DNA from: Laetmonice hystrix
Taxonomy: Eukaryota
DNA: 64,000 nt
NCBI GenBank assembly: GCA_965235115.1
Contig: OZ249439.1
Coordinates: 33,666,001 to 33,730,000, forward strand
Reading direction: 5' to 3'
This document shows positions 46,701 to 59,457 of the stretch, one piece after another; position 1 is the stretch's first letter; the number at the start of each line of letters is the position of its first letter. Made by a program: the position numbers and the translations under genes. The notes under the pieces were generated by a model. The model saw only the letters and a list, made by a program, of their open reading frames with translations. It did no database searches and had not been told where the DNA came from.

Positions 46701-49452
46701 CCAAGATGGCCACCACGCGGCCATTTTGACTGATGTCAAAAATATCTTTGACCTGCCTCATCCGTGGACTTTCCCGGATCATTATGTAATGTTTCATGCA
46801 AGATTATGTCGTTATCTTTAACTGTTTTGAAGATCCAGGCTATTAAAAATATGTATGACCTTGATTGACCTTTCAAGGTCGCTCAAGGTCATCGAAAATG
46901 GCGCCAAATGAAACGTCATATATGACTTCCTATCTATCAATAATAGGAACTATTGCATCATCTTGCACCGTTTTCGAGATATAAGCCAAAACAGTGTCAT
47001 TGTGGGGGTCAAGAAACAAATATGGCCGCCATCTCGCCATTTTGGATCTGAATTGAAATTTTATTGTGATGCATATTGGCCCTCATTATGCCTCATCCCT
47101 GCACCATGTTTGAAAGAAATCGTCATTGTTTTGGCTGAGTTATTGCTCAAAATGTGTTTACACTCAAGATGGCCGCCAAGCGGCCATTTTGAATGATATC
47201 AAAAATCTGTTTGACGTGCATCATCCGCAGTTCATCCCTGATCCTTGTGTAAAGTTTCAAAGAAATCGACCCATACACTTCTGAGAAATCGCTGTCTACG
47301 GACATACGGAGGGACGGAGGGACGGACGGACGGAGGTCGAATTATAAGCCCCCCGTTGTGGGGGCTAAAAAGGAGGGACAGGCCTGTGGGACAGTCAAGT
47401 AGAATTGCCAAAAAAGTGCCACTTCAAAACCAATCAACTATCCAGGGGTTGGGGCCTGTTCTACTTTTGGAACGTGCTTTTTGCATCTCAAAAAGCCACC
47501 AGCCACTAGATAAGAGGCTGGACACACAAGGCCTGGCATTCCATTGTTACGCAGGGTCGGTATTCAACCCAGCCATGTCCAGCACCAAAAAATGAAATAT
47601 GTCAGAATGACCAAAAAAAATAAATTTCTAAATTTGGATTCATTTCTGTGGTATATCTAAAGGTAATGCATAAACACATCTGAATTTAGAATATTATTGG
47701 GATTGAAATATTTTTTCAATTTGTTGTTGTTGTTGTGGAGTGTTGTAGAGCAGTTGTGGAACGTGAGTAAGTTTTTTTTACCCAACGCTGAGAGAAGACA
47801 ACATATAAATATCTATTCAAATACATATATTTTGAATCTTGTCATCATTAGTATTATGAAATAACATAGAGGAAGTCATGTGAGCCTGCTGTCGTTTATA
47901 AAAAACAGGGTTTGTGATATTTGGAGGAACGTGAGACACTTTTCTTACTCACGTTCCCGATTCATGAATTTAATGCATTTTTCTCAGCGTTTACATTAAT
48001 GAAAAGGCCAAACATAGGTTCATTTTATAAAAGAGATAATGAACAAATGATTTAATTGTGTTTAATAATAAATGATAAGATAACAGCACTTCAAAACAGC
48101 GATGATATTGGACAATAAAGATAGAGGGAACGTGAGTAAGGGGTATAGTAAGGGGTATATTCGAACCTACGATGGACAACGTTAAACCACCTAAACGGAG
48201 ACACATTTATATCTTTATTCATTCATATTTATGCACAATTACTTGGCCAAAGTTGAAAAATAACATCAAATATAACCTCTGAAATGGCTCACTATTCATA
48301 TTACTCACGTTCCACTTCTCACGGAATGAAACGACCTTGAGTCGTTTGAAAGCAGCCAGCGAAATGCCTGCTGTATTACCGCTCAAGCACGAGGCACTAT
48401 TGGAAACATCAATCTTTCCCAAAGTTAAACAAACATTGCAAGAAGGGTTAATTACATTTCTATATTTTGTCAATTAGATCCAAAACGATGCCTTTCACAT
48501 CCGGACTGGCATTTGCCAACATGTATACATCCATAATTCTGTAGAAATGCTTTATAATGTTTCAAAAAGTGCTAGATACTTACCACGCTTTCGACTTTCC
48601 TCTTTACCACAACGCGCTGTGGCGTTCTATCCAGTGAACAGGGTAAAAATGCGGTGAGATGCTTTCCCCCATTACTCACGTTCCCATCTCTCTCACGTTC
48701 CAACATTCGAAATTTCTATCATAAATGCAGTTCAAAGGGCCGTTTCTTCTGAAGTAATCTTATTTATAGAATGAATGATCTAGCAAGGAATGTAATGAAA
48801 TGTTAAATGTGCAAGATATTATCTTATGTGGAAGTTAAATGAGATCTTCCATCTGAGGAACGTGAGAAACATTTTTGGTATAAAACCAGACTGCTGAGAT
48901 TTGGGAGTTAATAACTTTTTCACTGCTCTGGCTACACCAATAGGAATTTAACACAATATAGAGAAATACATGTAGATTACAGCAATGGATATACTTCTGT
49001 TTTATAAGTGTTCAATGTGATAAAGTATAATAGAAGAAAAAGAAGTTTTGCACGTTCCTAAAAATTGACACAAAATCTCCATCCTCCATCAAAAAAACCC
49101 CCACCACCTGGTTGGCCTGGAATACACCTTGAATGTCAATATAGCCATGATAGATCAATGAGCAAGTATCAAAATAAGGATCCCAATGTGTTTGTAAACG
49201 ATATAGGGTGTCAAAGCCTTAATTTATGAGCAAAAAAGGTAATTTTCCTCAATTTTTCAGTTTCTATTAGTTGCAGTTTGTTAGGAGTTGTACCAAAGTA
49301 TAACAATGTATATATTTTATGAAAGCTTAGGATGTCCTGCATGAAATGTTACCAACAAGGGGACCCTAGGCGGTAGTAGTCATGATTTACAGGCTTGTGA
49401 AGAGATCAAGGTGTGATTTTGGCCAATTGTACATTTCTAGAAAAACTGGCCC
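43768..49452. mobile_element. Non-autonomous TIR transposon with 4-bp TSD and GGG termini (Sola2-like)
   Basis: 28-bp perfect TIR GGGCCAGTTTTTCTAGAAATGTACAATT. ATGT at 43764-43767 and 49453-49456. About a dozen TTACTCACGTTCC / GGAACGTGAG motifs. No transposase ORF seen. The Sola2 label rests on the termini and TSD length only. Confidence 0.75.
45334..47369 (+). mobile_element. HINE/Helentron-associated element carrying about 3 tandem 465-bp units
   Basis: Starts AACAAG with TATAGCCCCC near 45351. GACCTTGATTGACCTTTCAAGGTCGCTCAAGGTCAT at 45926, 46389 and 46857. (GGAC/GGAG)n at about 47300-47337. 3' hairpin AGCCCC...GGGGCT at 47347-47364. Confidence 0.75.
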
Positions 49453-49950
49453 ATGTACCCATGCACAATTACATACAACGGAGGCTCTTACACTTCTGCA
49501 GAGCAGCTTTATCAAGCGGAGAAGGCGCGCTACTGCCACGACCCTGTATCCGAGGATCTGATTTGTAAGGCTGAAAGCCCGTACGAAGCCATGATACTTG
49601 GTAAACTAATCAAATCTACCGGCGAATGGGACAAAAACAAATTAAAGGTCATGAAACGGGTTGTCACACTTAAGTTCGATCAAAATGACGCCATTAGGCA
49701 GAAATTGCTTTCAACAGTTGGTAACCTGTATGAGGCCACTCTTGACAGGGTCTACGGTTGTGGGTTCACGCTCGGCCAGTGCCACATGATCTCACAAGAC
49801 AATGTCAAAAGCAACAATCACCTGGGCAAAATCCTGTGCGAATACAGAGGGGCATTGAAATATTGCTTATGTTAGTGTTAGTTAACTTGTAAAGCTTGTA
49901 ACGTTTATAGCTCGGCATTCGGGAACTAGATTAATATTAAGAACGGTTTA

Positions 49951-50580
49951 TTGTCATATATCTATATTGTTCAACATTTTGCCACACATCCAGAGCCTAA
50001 TCCCCTGTTTGTACCCTACTTACAGCATTCGAGCCAATCTATATTGGTCCTCGCCGACTCACGTGGGAGAAACCTGCAACAAGCTCTAAACAAAGAACTG
50101 AGCGGACAAAGCCTACCGGCCCGATTCAATGTACAAGTAAAGGTTTTCAGCGGGGCCAAAATCCAAGATTTGACAACCTATGCAAAGACCCACCTGGACT
50201 AGGCCCGCCCACTTGACTATATTTACCTGTTTGGAGGTGTAAACCACCTATCTGTGAAACATCGCTCAGGCGTAGTAACGGCCGCGTTTGATGACATTTC
50301 CAATCTTGTAGACACGATGACTGATTACTTCGAAAATGCCCGATCTGATTTATCTCCCTTTGCTAAGAATGTTGTGATTTGCCAGCTTGTGGGTATCAAC
50401 CTAGATGTATATAAGAAACAAAGCAACTCCCAAACCTTTGGGCAACATATTATCGACCAGTCCTTGCCTCACGTTAACCATGCCATTAACCTTATGAATC
50501 GTGATGGCAATGTTCGAAGTCCCTGGTTGCAAACCACGGTCCATGCTAAAATACATCATAGGCTCTGCCATAAGTTCCCA
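49951..50580 (+). pseudogene. LINE B SGNH esterase ORF; one in-frame stop, 3' end replaced by a tandem repeat
   Basis: ILVLADSR, VFSGA, YLFGGVN, VVICQL.G are collinear with copy A. TAG at 50200-50202 is in frame. No DxxH block seen. No in-frame ATG. Confidence 0.75.
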
Positions 50581-51215
50581 ATTACCGGGAATGTGTGTGT
50601 TTAATTATACATTGTTTGTTGAATCAAATCATATTGGGATCCCCTCAAGATTGAACCATCGATCTCACTGCAGAAGGTGGTACATTGACGGGGAATGGGT
50701 GTACTTGTATATACATTGTTTGCCGAGGTATACTGTGTTAAGATTCCCTCAAGTTGGAACCACCGATCTCACTGCAGAAGGTGGCCCAATTACCGGGAAT
50801 GTGTGTGTTTAATTATACATTGTTTGCTGAATCAAATCATATTGGGATCCCCTCAAGATTGAACCATCGATCTCACTGCAGAAGGTGGTACACTGACGGG
50901 GAATGGGTGTACTTGTATATACATTGTTTGCCGAGGTATACTGTGTTAAGATTCCCTCAAGTTGGAACCACCGATCTCACTGCAGAAGATGGCCCAATTA
51001 CCGGGAATATGTGTGTTTAATTATACATTGTTTGTTGAATCAAATCTTATTGGGATCCCCTCAAGATTGAACCATCGATCTCACTGCAGAAGGTGGTACA
51101 ATGGCGGGAATGGGAGTATTTTTGCTGTTAGACAAACTCAATCCCCTGTATAGTGTATAGCTTGTCTAAGACCTCACCAAGCCTGAATCACCGATCTCAC
51201 TGGAGAAGGTGGCCC
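50577..51215. repeat. 208-bp tandem repeat (about 2.6-3 copies), each unit a dimer of about 104-bp subunits
   Basis: CCCAATTACCGGGAAT at 50577, 50785 and 50993. CCTCAAG..GAACCA.CGATCTCACTGCAGAAG occurs twice per unit. Confidence 0.9.
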
Positions 51216-53698
51216 GGGCGAAATGCATTTATCTATCTGGAATGTGTCCCAAGGAGGATACCGACCCCAATTGTAGGATGTTGAGAACGTATCCAACTAA
51301 TGAAGGCGTGTAAATAGCTTAATATTGTTCACTGCTATATGACGCACGCGGCTTGTAGATAAATATGTATAATGCTGCTGATAGGTTTTCAAACGGAGGG
51401 GCTGGCTTCCACCCATGTGTAGTCGGCCACTAAGGTATTACGACTCTCTCATGACTCAGTCTGCTGTTTATGACCCTGGTAGCAACATATGCATACACCA
51501 AGGTCATCACAACATCAGTTTAGGTACTTATATTTGGGATACGATGAAGATAGCGTTAAACGTACGTAGAACATGCTATGCTGAATTCACTCTCACATGG
51601 AAGACCTAACATTGGTAACTAGTCGTAAGGGCCTACACTTAGCACATCTGAACACTAGGAGCATCTTCAGGAAGGTAGACCTTCTCAAAAACTATATGGC
51701 TAACTCGAGACTTGACGTTCTATCTATCTCGGAAACCTGGCTTAGCACTCAACTATCTGATAATATGATTTCCATCCCCGGCTTTAACCTAACTAGATCC
51801 GATAGAACCTGGAACTCTCAAGGAAACCATGGCTCCAGCCCCAAAAAAGGAGGGGGCGTTGCGACTTTTATTAGATCAGGGATTCCTTTCTCGGAAACCG
51901 ACCTATGCAATCTTAACCTCAGTAACTCAAATATCGAGACCCAATGGATAACGCTTAAGCCGATAAACCAACGAAAAATTATAGTCGCCACAGTGTACAG
52001 ACCTCCCCAAGGTAATCCCAAATCTTTTATAGAAGTATTGGCGCCGCCTTATCAGAAGTCAGTCTAACTAGGCAAGACGTCTTTGTCTTGGGCGACTTTA
52101 ACATTGACTACCTCGATAAAAAGAACGAAAACACAAAATTGTTATCTAACCTGATCAGATCTAATGGCCTCCGTCAACTGATTACCGAACCTACTAGATT
52201 ATCTGATAGGAGATGTAGCTGCCTGGACCTGATCCTGACCAACTCGGAATTTATTGCTAACTCAGGACTAGTGGACTGTAACATTAGTGATCACATTATG
52301 GTTTACGTGACTAGGAAGAAAGGAGTATCTGTTAAAAAGAAAGTGTCCTTTACCGGGAGATCCTACAGGCAATATAACGCTACGGATTTTAAAGATCGCC
52401 TTAGGGACATTGATTGGCGGGGATTCGATGCCGCAACACACCCAGATAGAGCCTGGAATATTCTCCTTAGTAGTATTAAGGAGATAATTGACAAGATGTG
52501 CCCATTAAAAATGTTTAAAGTCAAACAAGAAAAAGACCCTTGGATTAACCCTGAGCTACTCGAGCTTATTAAAGACAAGGACTATGCCCTGAAACGGGCT
52601 CGGCGCACTAAGAACCCGGAAGACCGTGAAATAGCTAGAACCTTAAGGAACCTTACACTGGGTAGAGTACGTAGGGCCAAGTCTGATTTTATTAAAGACA
52701 ATCTCGAAGCTAATAGTGACAACAGCAAGAAAGTCTGGCAAACAATTAAACAAGTGCTACCCAATAATAAATCGCAAGCAATTACCTTTAATCTTACTGA
52801 TGCAGAAACAGATAACATTGCAGAAACAGATAACATTGTTGAAGAACATCGCACTGCAGATTATGTAAATAACTTCTTTGTTAATATTGGACCTAAACTT
52901 GCGAGGCAGCACAATACCAGATGGGAGTACAAGGGTACAAAATGTGACCACAGAATGGGTGACATCCTGACAACCATTGACGAAGTCATTAGCCTGACAA
53001 AACAAATAAATATCTACAAAGCGTCGTCAGTTCATACCATTTCTAGTAAGGTTTTAAAGGATGCCTTCCTTGCTGTCCCCGATAAGATAGCTCGTCTGTT
53101 TAACCTATCATTCACGACCGGGATTTTTCCTCAAGACTGGAAGTGTGCTACCATTATTCCCTTTTCAAAAAGAGGGTAACAAAGCCGACGTTTCAAACCT
53201 AAGACCGGTCTCACTCCTCCCCATCCCAGGGAAACTAATGGAGAAGGTGGTAGGTAACAGACTTCGCAACCATCTCGAAGAAAATAACCTGCTAGACGAG
53301 CGACAAAGTGGATTCCGTCCGAACCACTCTACCACTGGCGCAGTGGTAAACCTTGTAGATAAACTTTTTAAAGCACTGAATGACGGAGGAGTCACGATTG
53401 CCACTTTCATAGACCTATCAAAAGCTTTTGATACGGTTAATCACTCGATTCTCTTAAAAAAAATAGATTTTTTAGGAGTCAAAGGTCTATCGCAACAATG
53501 GTTCACTGATTATCTCACCAACCGTTCCCAATGCACATCGTGCAACAACGCTCTCTCAGAGAAAAACGAAATAGTCTGTGGAGTACCGCAAGGATCGGTT
53601 CTGGACCCTCTACTCTTCCTAGTTTATGTAAATGATATGTTTACTGCCATACGTTTTTCAAACATCCAACTCCATGCAGATGATACCGTAGTCTTTAA

Positions 53699-56600
53699 AG
53701 CGCTTGTGCACAGTCGTTTTTCTGATGTAATACAATTCAGATCCTATTCCTAACAATGTTGGCGTTGGAATTTTAAAAATACATTGCACTATTTCTGAGA
53801 TATTGCGAAAAATAGCACTGATATTCCATAGCAACAGGCCCCTAGTTACGGGTCGCTATTAATCGGCTCCTGTCGGGAAACTTCGGCGCGTGACGACATA
53901 CTCAGAACACCGCTCGGCACGCTTGCTGTCACGACCCACCAGATCCAGTATGCCGAGTCGGTGTGTGGCTATGTTTTGCAGCCATTCTAGCAGTAAACAA
54001 TATTTGAATGGCCAAAGGACAAGGAAAGAACACACTGTGGTAGTGTGGACGATGTGTGCTGTGTGCACGACATGATTTTACAGAGGATTGCTTTGACAAC
54101 AGTAGGCTAACAACAGGCACTGGGCAGTGTACACCCAAGTCTACACGCTCTACAGACTACACTACCGTCTACAGTACAGTCAAGCCAAGGTCAGTTTTAC
54201 TAGACTGATTAGCCTAGATCAAAACTATAGTACTTAGGATCCTGTTTTTAGGATGTCTAGGCCCTAGATCTTATTCTAGACAGCTAGTCTAGATCGACTG
54301 CTGATTCTATCAGCTCCCCGGCAAGCGCTGAGCGGACAGGCTCACCGCAACAGGTAGTGGGCGGCGGACCGCATCCAGACAGTGCCCAGCACATCATCGG
54401 TCGCCGCTCGCCAGAGCCTAGCCCTAGCCCTAACGTGTTAGCCTTGGGGAATATCGATTCTTTACTGTCCAATTTAGCAAACCATCTGCAAGATCTTGTA
54501 AATAGATCTATTTGTTTTCTGTTTATTAATAATAATATTATACTGCAAGACAATGTAACACTGAGCTGGGGATCAAAGAAAACCAGCGGTGCCGATGAAC
54601 TCCAGCTGGAGGCAGGGTAATTTTATTTTTTTTTTAATTAAAAAAAAGAGATGAGGCTCTAAAATAGCCTAAATTACCTAAGCTTGGGGGTTTGTCACGT
54701 TTGAGCTTTGCCTCTCCTGTACCCCCAACCAGATCCTCTGTTTAACCACTGTGCTGGCAATGCAAATTCTGGTACATTTTATTTCCAGGTTATGTTGGAG
54801 ATTGTCTTCAAACAGTCCTGCCCCTCATTGACAAGCCTCAAAAACGTGGTTGTACACTGGCTGCTGCAACCTGACAAATGGACAGTCATCAGGGAGAAGA
54901 GATCACGTTTTGCCAAGCCCAAGGACTTTACTTCTCACATTCAGTGTAAATAAATTAAGCGGTTGACAAGTGTTTTATCAAATTTATGTGAATTTGGCGT
55001 AGTCTAATCGAATTTTGGAAATCGGAATGTTCCAGTCAGGAAGCCAGGTGTTGTTTCAGTTCAAGACGTGCTCTTGTTTCTGTTTGGACGAGGGTACTGA
55101 AATCCCGTGTGTGTGACACCGACAGTGTCTGTTGGAAATGCTTCCTAATTTAAGCTAGTAATAAGTGAAACATGATGGGTGGCCCCAACACCACCTGACA
55201 AACAGTCTGTAAGCCGTATAATGATAATTTCTGCAAAAAAGACGAAATATATATGGAAAAGGTTGTACATAAAAGTTCATAATAATTTAGGACTACAAAG
55301 GAAGGCATAATAAAAAAAAGAAGAAGTAAAGTGTAGCCTATACATTGTCGCTATGGTCTCTTTTCTTTCACATTTCAGGTTTAAATAGTGTAAAAGAAAT
55401 CCGTAAGTTGTTAACCTTCAAATACGGTACATTGAAACCAAATATTCTTGGAAAAAGGTATTTCTAACAATTTGGTTATCTTGTATAGACGGGACAGTGT
55501 ACTATAGAAACTATTGCACTGATGACAGTTAAAAAGAGCTATATTATAATACCGTATATGTCCTATTTGCCGCGCATGCGCGTGTGCAGAAGGGGGGTGC
55601 GCGGCAAATGAATTATTTTAACGTTAAGGGGGCATTTTCTTTCCAAATAGGTCCCCAATATGAGTCCCCAATATGAGTTTTCCCAAATTTCCACCCCTGA
55701 CAAACACATTGGGTTTAAAAAAATGCTGGGGTGCGCGGCGAATAGGAGGTGCGCGGCAAATAGGACATATACGGTACTAGTATATTCCTATCAAACACTG
55801 CAAAACATAAACTCAACTCAAAAGGAACAACCAGTATAATAAAATTGATTTTTGTAATTCTTGTAAATGGCCTGTTGTAAAATGTTCTATGAAATATACC
55901 GTGTATGGTGCTATCAAAACTATTGTGCCATAAATAATGCCTGTCCTAGGGGCCCACATAACCAGGTTTTTAGGCCCAAAAAATGTCAAGAAAGTTGTCT
56001 AAAACCGAACATCACATTGTAAGAATTAGAAATTGAGCAGGGTTCATAAATAAATAAAATTCTGATGATACGGGCACGTGGCCTATAAAGTATAATTAAT
56101 CAGCATATGGACGTGGCATAGACTGATGATAGAGTTAGTTATAAATGTGCTAAAACTCCAGCAATTGTCGTAGAACCATCACATCAAGGCAAACTGGCCT
56201 AAATCCAGGATGGAGTGTAATACATTGATGGTAGGGCTACACTTCCTTTCCCTAACCCATCTATTAACTTCGCTAGTTTTGAGGATGCAGGGACTGATCC
56301 TGGTACGTGTTGGGGGGGGGGGGGGTTATTTGTACTTGATGTTGTAAGTATTATCTGTGTCAATTTGTGTATGATGGGGTGAATCAGCAATGTGTATGTA
56401 TAAATGAAAAATAAAAAAATATTTTAAACAAATAAAAAGGAAAAAAAGGTTCTTAATATTTTTAAGACTCCTTTAAAGGGGGGGGCAGGGTTTCATATAG
56501 AGGACGGGGGGGGGGGTAAATCTCCTGCATAACTCGGAGGGATAATCCCCCCCCCCCAGCAACCTTTAATGGCTTTATTTTAAAAGCAGGCAAGCAACCG

Positions 56601-57982
56601 TGGCCATGGCATGATATAAAATCTTACCCATCCTCCCTTACCGTACCGATGTTCAATATTTTCAAAAGACTAAGTATACATTTTTGCTCAGAAAACACGT
56701 TTCTGCAATAGCTGGCATTCCTGTAGCTTCCTTCGTAGCGTTGGTCAGACCCGAAGCGTACTGCCCTGGCCTGGGAAGGGGAGCTAAAGTACATTAGGAT
56801 TAGCTACACTCTCTCAGTGACAGTCTCTGGTCAAGCCTCGGCCAGTCGCCGGACCAGCTGCAGCGCAGGTCAGTACTTTCACTTTCAGCAGGCGTAGCAG
56901 CCAGGGATGAGGTTTTGTCTGCACACGGTGACAGCATAGATAAAAGAAAAGTGTAGCCCCACACTCAGCCAGGCCTATCATTATTTATTATAGGGCATAA
57001 TCGAAATTACCAGACAAATCTCTCTGCTTGTTCTCAGAGTCAGGCTCGTCCTCGCCCTCGGCTCAGCTTCAGCCCGGCTCAGGTCGGTCCACAACGGTCA
57101 CGTTGCCAGGCTTGCGCCTCAACTTCGCGCTAGCCTAGGCCTAGACTAGAGTAGGCCTAGACTAGAGTCTACTCTGACTCATAGTCATATCAAACATAAT
57201 ACCGTTCGGGCCCTCTGCACTAGCCTTCGGAAAATAACATTCTTCTTTCCTAGAATCTCTCAAAACTAGAACCCCTCTCTTTCTCCCCCTCCTCACTGAA
57301 GCGTTTGGGCCTAGCGCGGCTGTCACTGGAGACGGTGTAGTCTGTAGCGCGTACCAGCGGGAGATGTTGACATGCCTACCGGGACCATCGCTCGGTAGGC
57401 TAGTTCGGTCTGTTCGCCAAGGCCCAGGCCAAGGCTAAGCCCAGCACTGCACAGGGCTGTGCCCGGGAGAGGCCCCCCTCTTTTTTACGGTTTTTAGGTC
57501 CTAACTAATACTTGGATCCGTCCACTGTAACCCCCTCCCCGCACCAATCGCCCTGCCCAGCCTCCCTCGTCGTCACTCACTGTCACTGCCTCACTGTCTG
57601 ATGCTAGCGGCTCATGCATATAAATTATATAATATATGGGCCTACAACAGAATCTTCCACGGCATCCCCCTTATCTTTTTCTGGAAAAAGCCATTCTGTG
57701 TCAGAATCGGACTTCTTCAAGTTCTTGCTTCCCGTGCCTTCCACCATTGCTACGCCTACGTCCCCCTAGGAAGTGTTCTGACTATGACGTCACGGGTCAT
57801 TCAGAGGCTACTTCCGGTAGCAATCGCAAGGTGTTGCAGCTATTAATATTCGTTTTTTCGTTAATTATGAGAATTACGTGCTGCTGATTACATCGATTAC
57901 TAAAGAATATTATTATGATGATGGTTTACGTTGGAAAAGGTAAATAAACCAGCCTATACAGTGGAGAATTTGCACAAGCGCT
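53699..57982 (+). mobile_element. Decayed Kolobok-like element (TTAA TSD, 12-bp TIR AGCGCTTGTGCA) with a degenerate THAP remnant at about 53949-54100
   Basis: TTAA at 53695-53698 and 57983-57986. THAP-like fragments in shifting frames: MPSRCVAMFCSH, EWPKD, FTEDCFD. Confidence 0.7.
55552..55774. mobile_element. Tc1/mariner-type MITE (223 bp, TA TSD)
   Basis: TA|CCGTATATGTCCTATTTGCCGCGCA ... TGCGCGGCAAATAGGACATATACGG|TA, a perfect 25-bp TIR. Confidence 0.85.
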
Positions 57983-57986
57983 TTAA

Positions 57987-58556
57987 AGGGAAATGTGAGT
58001 TCAAAGCGCCACCTAGTGAGCCGCGTTGGTACCACGGGGAAAATGTGAGTATTCAAAGCGCCGCGTAGTGAGCTTTAAAAGAAAACTGTTTGGCTTATTT
58101 ATGCAGTCAACTAGTTTGATCTGGAAATCAGTAGTATTTTTTAAACAATGAACCAAACTGTGTGCCAGAACCTGTCTACTCCATTGAATGCTATAGTTAA
58201 GACCCGTGTTTTACCAAGGCACTGACTCTTTGGCAGGCTTTAACTTTTTTGTTGATTCGGTGACCCCCAATTTTTTTTGTTTTAAACTATTAGTCTTGAT
58301 CCACTTTACCTTGTCACCGAGTTTCAGGAGAAAATTGGTGGTCATTTTTTAACTATTAGTCAAAATGTCTGAAAAATCCTGTTTTTCCCATTGAAACCTA
58401 TAGTAAAGACCCATTTTTTACGGAGGCCTGTATAAAAAAATCTAATTCGGTGACATATGATTTTTTTTGTTTCTTTGTACTCCTAAGGACAAAGGCTATC
58501 CCCCATAAAAATATTTTGAAGATTCTAGTGGTGGATTCGAACACTCACATTTCCCT
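57987..58556. mobile_element. Kolobok-like MITE (570 bp, TTAA TSD, TIR AGGGAAATGTGAGT)
   Basis: TTAA at 57983-57986 and 58557-58560; 14-bp perfect TIR. Confidence 0.78.
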
Positions 58557-59187
58557 TTAAGTCTGGCAGAGCCATCACTGATGTCACCAGGCATATCCAA
58601 GATGACTTGACTGGCTTAGCTGAATGGGCTGTGACTGGCTTAGCTGAATGGGCTGTGAGTAATAAGCTGACTATCAACCCTAAAAAGACTAAATATGTAC
58701 TATATGGGTTAAAATCACAAACCAAAAAGATCAAGAACCATAGCCTGGTGTTTAATAACAGGAATATTGAACGGACATACTGCTATAAATATTTAGGAAT
58801 TACTCTGGATGCTCAATTAACCTTCAACAAGCATATTGACAACTGTCACCGACTAGCTGCACACAAAACTTATATATTAGCTAAGATAAGGGGGCTTATT
58901 ACATTCCAAGCGAGCTTAGCGATATATAAAACTATGATTCTTCCCATCCTGGATTATGGGGACATCATATATGATGGTGGTAACCAGTCGGATATGAAAA
59001 AGCTCCAAACTTTACAGAACCGCGGTCTCAGAATCTGTATTAATGAAATGGGTTATATTTCAACCATCGACTTACATCGAAGGTGTAACACTGCAAAATT
59101 AGCCCCACGAAGGCTGGCACACCTCAGAAACTTTATGTACAAGCAACAAAACTCACTAGATATTGTTGATACTCGAAACATTACTAC

Positions 59188-59457
59188 CAGGGGCCGTTTT
59201 TTTTGTTTACTTTTCCACCGTGAGCAAGGGTGAGCTGAGCTGAGCAAGGGTGAGCAGAAGCTCATGCTAACCGTTTTGCTCACTGTTTTCGTTTTTTTGG
59301 GTGTTTTTCCGTGAGCTTGCTTGCCATGAGCACGCCTCATGGAAAAAAAACAACCAAAAAAAGCACGAAAACGCTGAGAATGAGCTCATGCTCACCCTTG
59401 CTCAGCTCAGCTCACCCTTGCTCACGGTGGAAAAGAAACAAAAAAAACCGGGCCCTG
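59188..59457. mobile_element. 270-bp fold-back MITE in the LINE B ORF2 C-terminus
   Basis: About 70-bp arms (CAGGG(G/C)CCG...TTTTCCACCGTGAGCAAGGGTGAGCTGAGCTGAGCAAGGGTGAGCA) are inverted at both ends. No clear TSD. Confidence 0.8.

Larger units (their letters stand above)
42832..49875 (+). pseudogene. LINE B ORF1 with C-terminal NADAR domain, split by a 5.7-kb DNA transposon
   Basis: MPRPKEK start, coiled coil, RRKNIIIEGL, YRLG, RPRPI (+1 shift near 43425), VKF, ITDDLT, LAFQGHHAFPSN | MYPCTITYNGGSYTSAEQLYQAEKA...W...KFDQN...LYEATLDRVYGCG...NHLGKILCEYR. Confidence 0.85.

Noticed and set aside
49453-49875. Stand-alone host or bacterial ybiA-like gene
   Set aside because: Its ATG overlaps the TSD of the adjacent insertion, its N-terminal motif lies at 43727-43759 in LINE ORF1, and copy A shows the uninterrupted fusion.
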